From contig CAWCMR010000009.1 in assembly GCA_963796685.1 (NCBI GenBank), positions 96,001 through 160,000 of the forward strand: a DNA stretch of 64,000 nt. Direction: 5' to 3'. Each line of letters opens with the position of its first letter. Within the stretch, counting starts at the first letter, position 1. Positions 31,001 to 39,763 of this stretch are shown piece after piece. Position numbers and translations under genes: made by a program. Under the pieces are notes generated by a model that saw only the letters and a program-made list of their open reading frames with translations, was not told where the DNA came from and made no database searches. This stretch comes from an uncultured delta proteobacterium. Lineage in GTDB: Bacteria; Myxococcota_A; Polyangia; Fen-1088.

Positions 31001-31462
31001 CTAGTTGCTGACGGCCACCAGCGGGGAGGTGACGAATGACCCGTCGGACTGGATGCATCCAAAGCCAATGGTCATGTTTGACGACGCGGGGTTTGTGTTG
31101 CGCGAAAATGCCGTCGCGCCTGTCGAAAGCGACAGCAGCAGGCTGTCACCGTTGAAGCTATAGGTTACCGAGTAGACCGGGTCAGGACCGGGGCAAGTGT
31201 ACTTCTGTGGCGTAAATGTGATCTCCGTGTCGGTCGTCGAAAAAACGCCGTCTTCAATCTCATCGTTCGCCGAGGTCGTGGACGTGAGTTGTAGGATCTG
31301 TGCGGTGTAGGTGGCGTTTGTATTGAAAGTGATGTCGACGCCGGCACTCCCGGCGCTGTTGGTGTAGAGCCACTGCCCGATCAGACGCTGTTGTGGAGTT
31401 TCAGAACTGCCGCCACCACACGAGGCCACGGCTGCCAGGAGAACTACAAACGTCCACTTCAT
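31001..31462 (-). CDS. Lipoprotein (lipocalin-like)
   Basis: MKWTFVVLLAAVASC lipobox, LIGQW motif, beta-rich. Confidence 0.65.
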   Translation of the reverse strand: MKWTFVVLLAAVASCGGGSSETPQQRLIGQWLYTNSAGSAGVDITFNTNATYTAQILQLTSTTSANDEIEDGVFSTTDTEITFTPQKYTCPGPDPVYSVTYSFNGDSLLLSLSTGATAFSRNTNPASSNMTIGFGCIQSDGSFVTSPLVAVSN

Positions 31463-31586
31463 GTCATCCCTCCAGTTGAAGAAAGGCTCGTCTCGGCCGA
31501 ACGCGGATAGGTCTGTCGGCACCAGAATGCGTATATTACCCCATCCGTGAGGTTTTTGGTGGAGTCGTTTGCCGCTACGGGTGGAC

Positions 31587-31883
31587 ATGGCTTCGCAGCC
31601 GTCCTTCGAGAGCGCCAAGCGGAATCTTGCCGCGAACTTGGCGCGCCTACGGGCCGCCCGGCGGTGGTCGCAGCAGCAGGCGGCCGACGCCATGGGGATC
31701 GATCTCAAGCACCTGCAAAAGCTCGAATATGCGGCCTTGAATCCTACGCTTAGAACCGTTGTGGCAGCGGTGGAAGCCTTCGGGGTGCCGCTGGCGCGCC
31801 TGTTCCGACGGTCTGCCGAGCCGCCGATCCGGCGGCCGGTCGGTCGGCCGGTCAAGCAGAGGCGCAAGGTCACAGCCAGATAG
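31587..31883 (+). CDS. XRE-family HTH regulator
   Basis: LAANLARLR...WSQQQAADAMGID...LE...NPTL. Confidence 0.8.
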   Translation: MASQPSFESAKRNLAANLARLRAARRWSQQQAADAMGIDLKHLQKLEYAALNPTLRTVVAAVEAFGVPLARLFRRSAEPPIRRPVGRPVKQRRKVTAR

Positions 31884-31966
31884 TTGTCCTGTCCTCACGG
31901 ACGCCGGCCTGAAACCTTGGGACTGCCCGAGACGGCCTATGCTAGATTTCAGGTGAGGTGGTTTTC

Positions 31967-32160
31967 ATGGCTGGTATCAGCGAAGAACAGCCAGCGGTGA
32001 ATGTTGAGCCGGCGCAACCGCGCGGGCCTGGGCGGCCGTTTCTGCCCGGTCAGTCGGGCAATCCTTCGGGACGGCCGAAGAGTCTTGCGGTACTGGAAGC
32101 ACAAATCCGAGAATTGCACGGCCCCCTGGCAATCGAAGTGCTCGAAAAGCTGCGTGGCCT
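31967..32160 (+). pseudogene. DUF5681-like (phage-associated) N-terminal fragment
   Basis: GRPFLPGQSGNPSGRPK motif, truncated. Confidence 0.6.
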
Positions 32161-32360
32161 TGCTGGACGACGGTGCCGCCCGCGCTTGGGCCTCCCGCCT
32201 CGGACTTCGCTGCGTGGGCACGGTCGGGATCCTCATCGAAGCGAAGCGATGCGGGCATCTTCAGCGAGTGCGACCAGAACTAGATCGCCTCGCCCAACTT
32301 GGTTTTCGGATGGCAGCGCACCTTCGCCAATATGCGCTTGCGGAATCTGGGGAAGAGTAG
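32152..32360 (+). pseudogene. DUF3368 PIN-like protein, C-terminal fragment
   Basis: LLDDGAAR..A..LGL...GTVGILIEAK..G. Confidence 0.7.
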
Positions 32361-32682
32361 CCCCGCTCGCTTCGCTCAGCTTCCAAGGCGAGGGCTGCGC
32401 CATCGCCAGGGCGTCGGCGTCCATGATGACGTCGGTGGTGAAGGGAAAGTCCTTGGCCGACGCCTCCGAGACCTTCAAGCGCTTCCGCCAGATGATCACC
32501 GGCGGCCAGGATCCCTGCTTCGACCTCGAAGACCTGGGCAAGCTCGCCGCGTTCTCCGACGTAAGCGCGTTCCCCGTGCGGGTCAAGTGCGCAAGCCTCG
32601 CCTGGCACACCTTGAACGCGGCCATGCACGAGACCACGACCGAGCCCACCAGCGGCAGCGAGCCCAGCAAGGAGCCCTAAAA

Positions 32683-33078
32683 GTGACGGCGGCCCCCGAT
32701 CCCCAGCCCGCACCCGACCCGCCCCCCGACCCGCCATCGGGCTCCACCGCCAACGATGCGGCCACCGCCCAGTTGGAGCGCCTGGTGTGGCAGGAGCTGC
32801 GCGAGTGCTACGACCCGGAGATCCCCGTCAACATCGTGGAGCTGGGGCTCGTCTACGCCATGAGGACCGAGCCCCTGCCCGAGGGCGGCCACCGGGTCGA
32901 GGTCCTCATGACCGTGACCTCTACTGCCTGTGGCATGTCCGAGATCCTGCGCAGCGAGGCCGACGCGCGCATTCGCAAGCTGCCCGGCGTGGCGCAGGTC
33001 GAGGTCGCCATCACCTTCGACCCGACCTGGACCCCCGAGCTCATGAGCGACGACGCGCGCATGATGCTGAATTTGTGA
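32683..33078 (+). CDS. sufT: SufT/DUF59 protein, third copy
   Basis: Identical to 5311-5706. Confidence 0.85.
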   Translation: MTAAPDPQPAPDPPPDPPSGSTANDAATAQLERLVWQELRECYDPEIPVNIVELGLVYAMRTEPLPEGGHRVEVLMTVTSTACGMSEILRSEADARIRKLPGVAQVEVAITFDPTWTPELMSDDARMMLNL

Positions 33079-33224
33079 CTGGAGAGAGCGCAGAGGGCGG
33101 AGGAGGGCGCGGAGGGCGGAGAAGCTCGGGAAGGTTTTGCCGACCGTGGCCGTGCCTCACCCACACAACGCCCGACACCCGCATCACGCACCTTCCGTGA
33201 CCTGCTTGCCGAGAACCCTCCTTC

Positions 33225-34730
33225 ATGGAGGCAGCCGCATGCGCAAAACCTGCGACCGGCTACACCTATGCCCGCCGGGAGCCGGAGAAGACCGCGCTCT
33301 TCCAGGTGCTCCAGCAGCACCTGCTCACCTTCGAGCAAGAGTGGACCGACAAGTCCGACGGCCGCACGCTGCCCAGCTTCGTCACCGACGAGCTACACGA
33401 CTTTCTAGGGTGCGGAATCTTGGCGCGAGGCTTCGCACAATTCTTGTGCAAAACCTGCCACGAGCGGTACGTTGTGGCCTGGAGCTGTAAGGGTCGTGGC
33501 TTCTGTCCGAGCTGCGGAGGCAGACGCATGAACGCGGGTGCGCTGACTCTGGTCGATCACGTGCTGCCCGAAGTGCCCATCCGACAATTCGTGCTCACCC
33601 TGCCTTTCCCGCTGAGATTTCCCTTGGCCTTCGACGGGAAATTGCTGGGCCAAGTCCTGCGCATCTTCATCGACACCGTCGCGTCCAACTATCGCAAGCG
33701 CCTGGCAGATCGGGGCATCCCCGACGGCGAGTGCGGCGCCGTCACGGTCATCCAGCGCGCCAACAGCGACCTGCGTCTCTCACCGCATTTTCACGTTCTC
33801 CAGCTCGATGGAGCGTACGCCCCTGGGCCCGACGGCGGTGCGCCCATCTTCCACCCGGCTCCGGAACTTACCCAAGAGGACATCCTTGCCATCGTCGCGC
33901 GCGCCAGTAAGCGCATCCTCCGCTTCCTCCAACGTCGCGGGGTCATCACCCTGGTGACCGCGCCAGGCGACGGCGAGATCACCGTCGTCACCGACGAGAC
34001 CATCGGCGAGAAGGATCCGCTCCTGGCTCGCTTGTTGGCCGCCGCCACCGCTGGCGCCTCGCCTGCCGGCCCTGCGCACAAGCGGGCTCCCGTGCGCATC
34101 GTGCTCGACCCTGGCGCCACGCCCGTGGCCAAGGGCAAACTATGCGGCCAGCAAGCAGGCTTCAACCTGCATGCTCAAACCAAAGTCGCCGCCAACGACA
34201 AGAAGGGTCGCGAAAACCTGTGCAAGTACATCTTGCGCCCGCCTCTCGCCAATGACCGCCTCAAGATCCTCGACGACAAAACCGTCAGGCTCGACTTCAA
34301 GAAGCCCTGGTCGGATGGCACATCGTCGGTCGACCTTGCGCCGCTCGCCCTCATTGCGAGGCTAGCCGCGATCATCCCTCCTCCTCGTCGCCATGTCGTC
34401 AGATATTCGGGGGTTATCTCCTCGCACAGCTCTCTCCGCAGCCAGGTCGTCCCCGTCCCCGCCGTGGCGGCACCCGAGGAAAAGGACAAGCCTTCACTGC
34501 CGCTCTCGCACTATATTTCTTGGAGCCAGCTCCTCAAAAAGACATTCGAGATCGACACCGTCTGCCCTCGCTGCAAGAGCCCGCTGCATCTCATCGCCAT
34601 GATCGAGACCGAGGACACCATCAAGAAGATTCTCAAAGCCATGGGACTGCCTACCGAGGCGCCCAAACTCCGGCCTGCACGACCGCCGCCCTCGCAATCT
34701 GGTGGCGAGGGCGGAGACTGGCTGAACTGA
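33225..34730 (+). CDS. IS91-family transposase, allele B
   Basis: Identical protein to copy 2. Confidence 0.95.
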   Translation: MEAAACAKPATGYTYARREPEKTALFQVLQQHLLTFEQEWTDKSDGRTLPSFVTDELHDFLGCGILARGFAQFLCKTCHERYVVAWSCKGRGFCPSCGGRRMNAGALTLVDHVLPEVPIRQFVLTLPFPLRFPLAFDGKLLGQVLRIFIDTVASNYRKRLADRGIPDGECGAVTVIQRANSDLRLSPHFHVLQLDGAYAPGPDGGAPIFHPAPELTQEDILAIVARASKRILRFLQRRGVITLVTAPGDGEITVVTDETIGEKDPLLARLLAAATAGASPAGPAHKRAPVRIVLDPGATPVAKGKLCGQQAGFNLHAQTKVAANDKKGRENLCKYILRPPLANDRLKILDDKTVRLDFKKPWSDGTSSVDLAPLALIARLAAIIPPPRRHVVRYSGVISSHSSLRSQVVPVPAVAAPEEKDKPSLPLSHYISWSQLLKKTFEIDTVCPRCKSPLHLIAMIETEDTIKKILKAMGLPTEAPKLRPARPPPSQSGGEGGDWLN

Positions 34731-34898
34731 CGGCACGTCGACCAGGGCGGGTTGGAGTAGACTGCCCTGCGTGCTCAAGAAAGACCCCGCCAGGCCCCAG
34801 AAACCCGGTCACGTGCGCTGCGCAGACGTGATCGGGGCCGACATAACGCGTCCCGGCAGGGTTCTCAGACGCTCAAAAACCCCCTTCGAATCGCCTAT

Positions 34899-35296
34899 GG
34901 CCTGCCTGGTCGAAGGGGCGAGCGATCTTCGCGAGCGGTAGCCCCTTCCCTCCGTGCGCCGTCGGATCCAAGGTCATGATTCCCGGGCAGGCCAACAATT
35001 GCTACATCTTTCCGGGCGTGGGACTTGGCATCGTGGCGGCAGAAGCCCGGCACGTCACCGACCGGATGTTCGCGCAGGCCGCTCGCGCCCTGGCATCTGC
35101 CGCCCGTGAAGAAGATCTCGAAGTTGGGCGCATCTATCCCGAGCTCAAGCGAATTCGCGAAGTCTCTGCTCGGATTGGCGTCGCTGTTGCCGAAATCGCC
35201 TTCGAAAGCGGTTTGGCTGGCGTGAAACGTCCAGCGAGCATATCCGAGTTGGTCGAGGCCAAGATGTGGTTACCCAATTACGAGTGCTTTGCTTAA
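34899..35296 (+). pseudogene. Malic enzyme, C-terminal fragment
   Basis: GRAIFASGSPF...PGQANNCYIFPGVGLG. Begins at the GGCC after copy 4. Confidence 0.85.
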
Positions 35297-35393
35297 ATGC
35301 CGGGCTACCGCCAAACCATCGGAGCGCGCACTTACCGCTTCACGAGTCTCGCCACGCTGCTGGCGCGCGCCAGCCCACGCAAGTCCGGCGACG
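35297..35393 (+). pseudogene. eutB: Ethanolamine ammonia-lyase large subunit, N-terminal 32 codons
   Basis: YRQTIGARTYRFTSLATLLARASPRKSGD. Confidence 0.7.
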
Positions 35394-35717
35394 ACAATGG
35401 GGGGTCTGCCGTGACCTCTTTCCCACCTTGGAATCGCTTTGTGCCGCAGTCTCAGCATCCCGGCTCGAATGGTAGTAAGTTATGTCTTCGGGCTTCATCC
35501 CATGGATCTGCATGCTTGGTTCGAGGCTTACGTGGGGGGCCGCTGGTACGCCTTCGACGCAACGCAAACCGAGATGCGAGGTGGCTACGTGGCGATCGGC
35601 TATGGCCGAGATGTGGCGGACGTGGCTGTCTACAACCAGTTCGGCCCCGCCTGCTATCCAACGTCGCAGGATGTTCGCGTTCAGCGAATCGACGACAGGA
35701 ACAGAGCCGTTTCATGA
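35394..35717 (+). pseudogene. Transglutaminase-like protein, C-terminal fragment (frameshifted)
   Basis: GVCRD, then [12 protein letters not shown]...[16 protein letters not shown]. Confidence 0.75.
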
Positions 35718-35750
35718 CCCCCTTCACGAAAAGGAGATTGGGGGTGAAAC

Positions 35751-36602
35751 TTGCAACGATATAGGATCTTCCATCGCACCTACTACAACTACTCCGCCGA
35801 TGTGACCCTTGGTCCACATGAGTTGCTCCTACGGCCAAGAGAAGGCCATGATCTCCGCATTGAATCGCTGGTCTTGAAGATCAACCCCACTCCGACCTTG
35901 CTTTGGCATCGTGATGTGGAGGGGAATTCTGTCGCGATCGCGACTTTCAGTCTGCCCACGCGCCAGCTCGTCATCGAGAGCGAGGCCATCATCCAGCAGT
36001 TCAACGAATCTCCTCTCGACTTTCTGGTGGTCGATTACGCGATAGACTACCCCTTCGCCTATCGACCTGACGACCGCATCCTATTGTCGCCCTATATGGC
36101 ATTTCCCCGCCAAGACACGTTCGACCTGGTGACCCAATGGATTGCCAATTTTTGGCAACCCGGCGAGAAGATCCAGACCTATACTCTGTTGCAGCGACTC
36201 GCCAGTCACATCAACAAGACGCTTGCTTATCGCCTCAGAGAAGAACCTGGCGTTCAGCGTGTCCGGCAAACGCTATCGTTCGGAAATGGATCTTGTCGTG
36301 ATTTCGCCGCGCTCTTCATGGAAGCCGCGAGATGCCTTGGGCTGGCCTCACGGTTCGTGAGTGGGTATCTGCATACGCCGCTAATGGTTGACAGAATCGG
36401 AGCAACGCATGCATGGGCCGAGGTCTACTTGCCAGGCGCCGGGTGGAAGGGATTCGACCCAACGATCGGTAAGATCGCCGGCACCGACCACATCACGGTG
36501 GCCGTGGCAAGGTTGCCCGAGTCGGTGCCCCCCATAGCGGGTTCCTTCTTCGGAGCTCCACACTCTGATCTCAATGTCGGAGTCTGGGTCAGCAGGTGCT
36601 GA
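35751..36602 (+). CDS. Transglutaminase-family protein
   Basis: H.LLLRPREGHD N-terminal domain, GSCRDFA, THAWAEVYLPGAGWKGFDPT. Confidence 0.9.
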   Translation: MQRYRIFHRTYYNYSADVTLGPHELLLRPREGHDLRIESLVLKINPTPTLLWHRDVEGNSVAIATFSLPTRQLVIESEAIIQQFNESPLDFLVVDYAIDYPFAYRPDDRILLSPYMAFPRQDTFDLVTQWIANFWQPGEKIQTYTLLQRLASHINKTLAYRLREEPGVQRVRQTLSFGNGSCRDFAALFMEAARCLGLASRFVSGYLHTPLMVDRIGATHAWAEVYLPGAGWKGFDPTIGKIAGTDHITVAVARLPESVPPIAGSFFGAPHSDLNVGVWVSRC

Positions 36603-36614
36603 CGAGTTGGTTGT

Positions 36615-36860
36615 CGACGACGGTGGCCAAAAGCTTGCGGCCCAATTCCTTGCCCAAGACGGCCAGACGACGTCGATCCGCGCCCGTGGGGCCGAGTTTC
36701 CGGCCGCCGAGCTTCTCCTTGAGGATTTTGATTCTCGGCAATGAGGTAGTCGACCTGCTCTTGTGAGGCGCCCGCGAACCACACCCGAGCCAGGCTGCCA
36801 AGAACTGCAGCGGCAACGGCAGCATCGAACCGAGCGCCTCGGCCTTCTTCCTGCTCACGG
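36615..36860 (-). pseudogene. N-terminal fragment of an integrase-core (rve) transposase
   Basis: PLQFLAAWL...QVDYLIAEN..LKEKLGGRKL...DRRRLAVLGKELGRK, with frameshifts. Confidence 0.65.
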
Positions 36861-36977
36861 GCTGCCTTTTACAACTTTTCGAGCCAGCTGCATGTCCATC
36901 ACGACCTTCGCCAACCTACGAAATGCCCTTGGCTCTTCTTCGATCTTGTTTTGGTACCGGACGGCCTCGGACTTTAC

Positions 36978-38210
36978 TCAGCTGGCAGCGCAAATCCCCA
37001 CGAATTGCGATACTCGAGCTCCGAGACGGTCCATATTCAGCGGTGTCCTCTGGACATCCCTGTACCGCCCCACGAACTCCAGAATTTCTTCGGGAATGCC
37101 CTCATGGTCCAGAACCAGGGCCTCAGCGAACTCGTCTCTTCCACGTTTGGTGGATACCCCTTCCACCCGCACTGGACACCAGGACCCCGGTGGAAACGAT
37201 GTAGGCTCGCCAAGATCGGGTAGGCTCACTTTTGCGTAGAGAGTGCCATATTTCCCGAGTGTGACAGCGTCTCGCCAGGATATGAGTGATGTTCCACCGT
37301 ATAGATTCTCAAAATCATCTTCACCGCAGCGCCTAATCAAGAACCATTGCACGGTCACGATAGGCTCGGTTGTCCGCCGTTGATCGATTCGTACCACGAA
37401 GGGAACCGCTTTGTAGGAATCGTCCTGCCGGTCGAAGGAGAACCGCTTTTCTAGCGCACATAGCTCGGGAAACTTTGGCAGCGGAAGCGCCTCACCTACC
37501 TTCTGCAGACAGAGCGCCTTCCGCAGGGAATCGATCTTGGGCGCAAAATTCTCTATTGACCCCGCCTCTACGCGGAGGCCCCAAGTCTCCTCGCTGTAGT
37601 CGAATTTGACCTGATCGCACCGTGGCGCCAGCTCACCTTCCGAGCAGAGTCGCATGCCCAACGTATGAAACGAGCAGAAGTTATCCCTTGGGGCCAATAC
37701 GGCCCTCGCAATGACGACATCCTGGAGAAGAATCTCGAGCGCGATGTAGGACTTTCCGCGGTACGAGAGCATGCCTTGGCCCACGAAGTCAGCTCGATCA
37801 CAAGATCTAACCCACGGGTATTCCCATGGTCCAGTGGGCTCGCCCGGTCGCCGGCGCTTTGCATGCTGCTTTGCGGGCGGCAGCACCTCTTCCGCCGCCT
37901 CGATGTCCGTCTTCGGGCTGGCAACCACAACCGGAGCGGATGATGGATCTGCTGGTGGTGCCGGCGACAAGGAGGCCATCGCCGGGGCCGTCAGCAGTGG
38001 TAAAGTGGCAGGATTGGCAGGTGGAAGAAGAGTCACCCGACCGCCAGAAAGGGAATTCAGCAGACCGCTCCCTGCGCAGTAGCCAAAGATCCTGGCTAGC
38101 TCCCACATCAGATTTGGCTTGTCATCGTTGGTCATCCTAGTTTTCGACACTTGAAATCCCCTCCAAGTCGGCGACATCGCCGCCCAGTCTCGTTGCCATT
38201 CTGTTGCCAT
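36978..38210 (-). CDS. Hypothetical protein
   Basis: 410-aa ORF, no recognised motif. Confidence 0.5.
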   Translation of the reverse strand: MATEWQRDWAAMSPTWRGFQVSKTRMTNDDKPNLMWELARIFGYCAGSGLLNSLSGGRVTLLPPANPATLPLLTAPAMASLSPAPPADPSSAPVVVASPKTDIEAAEEVLPPAKQHAKRRRPGEPTGPWEYPWVRSCDRADFVGQGMLSYRGKSYIALEILLQDVVIARAVLAPRDNFCSFHTLGMRLCSEGELAPRCDQVKFDYSEETWGLRVEAGSIENFAPKIDSLRKALCLQKVGEALPLPKFPELCALEKRFSFDRQDDSYKAVPFVVRIDQRRTTEPIVTVQWFLIRRCGEDDFENLYGGTSLISWRDAVTLGKYGTLYAKVSLPDLGEPTSFPPGSWCPVRVEGVSTKRGRDEFAEALVLDHEGIPEEILEFVGRYRDVQRTPLNMDRLGARVSQFVGICAAS

Positions 38211-38550
38211 GACCGTGCATCCACGGGCGGAACCAGACGGAACGCTGTGGAACGGCGCGGGACCGCCTCGATGAATGATTTCCGAGGGTTACCGGCCAAG
38301 GTCCCGTCCCGCCTCAGGTTTTCGGAAACCCTCTAGCGGGGGCAGTACCCGGCGCCTCCACGACAATTTCAACTACTTACATCTATTTCTTCTTCTGTTA
38401 CCGTGTGGTTGCCTCATGCGAGGCGTTAGTATCGAGCAGGGCAACGGTTGTCCTTCGCCAGGTCGTCGTCCGCGCCGCCATTTTTCCGACGGTGGCGACG
38501 ATTGGAGATCGGGTCGACCGCAACTACCGACCTTCATGCATGATCCAGGC

Positions 38551-38760
38551 ATGGCCGCCCTGTTCATGAGCCTCCTTAGAGCGTTGCGTTACGCCTTCCG
38601 AACCCGTGCGGAGTTGGCGCTCGAAAACCTCGCCCTCCGGCAGCAGCTGGCCAACATCCGCCACACGTCGGGTCGGCCCCGTATCTGCATGGCAGACCGG
38701 GCTTTCTGGCTTGTTCTGTCGCGCCTGTGGTCGCGCTGGACGGGCGTACTGCTCTTGCGC
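38551..38760 (+). pseudogene. N-terminal fragment of an rve-type integrase/transposase
   Basis: RTRAELALENLALRQQL...RPR...DRAFW..LSRLW..W. Confidence 0.7.
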
Positions 38761-38792
38761 TCTGAGGGGCTGTACTCCTCGCACTGACTCTG

Positions 38793-39440
38793 ATGTTGGC
38801 AGGCTTCCTCGGGCTGGCCTGCGGTCAAAACCAATCCGACTCACCGGCATCGACCGGTGGCTCTCGGGCCTCGACAAGTGTGCCGGGCTCGGGGGGCTCC
38901 GGCGGGGCTACCTTTGGCTCGGGCACCAGCGCCTCGGTAGGCGGCGGAGCCAGCGGCGGGATGAGCGGCACAGGAGGAACGACCTGCCCCTGGGGCTGCC
39001 CAGCCGACGATTTGCTGTGTCCGGGCGGCACAGCTGGTCACGATGTGTGTGGTTGCGCGATCTGCGCTCAGCCCGATGCAGGCGTGGCCAAGGACGGTGG
39101 TCGCGACGTCGTTTGCGGTCCGACGTGCGACATCTATTGTCCATATGGGAACAAGGTAGACGACAACGGTTGTCCTCTCTGTTCCTGTAACCCTGCGCTG
39201 TCGTCCGACGGTGGTGCTCGTGACGCCAGCTGCCCGCCTATTGCCTGCCCCGCCATCGCGTGCGTGGCCGGCTGCCCTTGCGGATATCAAACTGGTCCTG
39301 CCCCATGTGGCTGCCCTTCGTGCGCCCCACCGCCAATTCATGCGAGAATTGCCACGATCCTTTTCCGGACACTGCGGGTCTGTGGCGTCGCCGAGGCGAT
39401 GTCTGTCATCACGAAAGCATCACCAACCTGGGCTCGCTAG
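38793..39440 (+). CDS. Cys-rich lipoprotein with an antistasin-like repeat; 5' end clipped
   Basis: LAC lipobox, Gly-rich linker, CDIYCPYGNKVDDNGCPLCSC. Confidence 0.6.
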   Translation: MLAGFLGLACGQNQSDSPASTGGSRASTSVPGSGGSGGATFGSGTSASVGGGASGGMSGTGGTTCPWGCPADDLLCPGGTAGHDVCGCAICAQPDAGVAKDGGRDVVCGPTCDIYCPYGNKVDDNGCPLCSCNPALSSDGGARDASCPPIACPAIACVAGCPCGYQTGPAPCGCPSCAPPPIHARIATILFRTLRVCGVAEAMSVITKASPTWAR

Positions 39441-39763
39441 CAAAATCCTCAACGATATTAAGGCTGTCGAAGTTGCTCAAACGCCCCGCACACAGCTGAG
39501 CGCGACGCTGGATGCCAATAGCGCCACTACCCTCGTGGGCAAGCCATGAATCGGCAGTCGCGCGGGATTCTTGGACCCGCGAAGCCCTTCTTGTCCAGCC
39601 CGCGCGCACGATCCCAGACACCGGAGAATAATCTTTCCAAGAAAGCCAGTCATCGGACAGTACCTGACAAGTGATCCAAGTTCTTCATAGTCTCAAGGCG
39701 GCATCGGCAAATTCTCTTGGGCAGCGACACTCGAGCGGAGTCTTCCGCATCAAGGATGACAAG

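Larger units (their letters stand above)
32376..34898 (+). mobile_element. IS91/ISCR-like element copy 4 with a shorter passenger that starts inside sufU'
   Basis: Homology starts at TCAGCTTCCAAGG. Core 33148-34898. Ends CCTAT|GGCC. Confidence 0.9.

Noticed and set aside
31958-33078. Long chimeric ORFs (DUF5681-SufU; extended SufT)
   Set aside because: Read-through across fragment junctions; no sign of real fusions.
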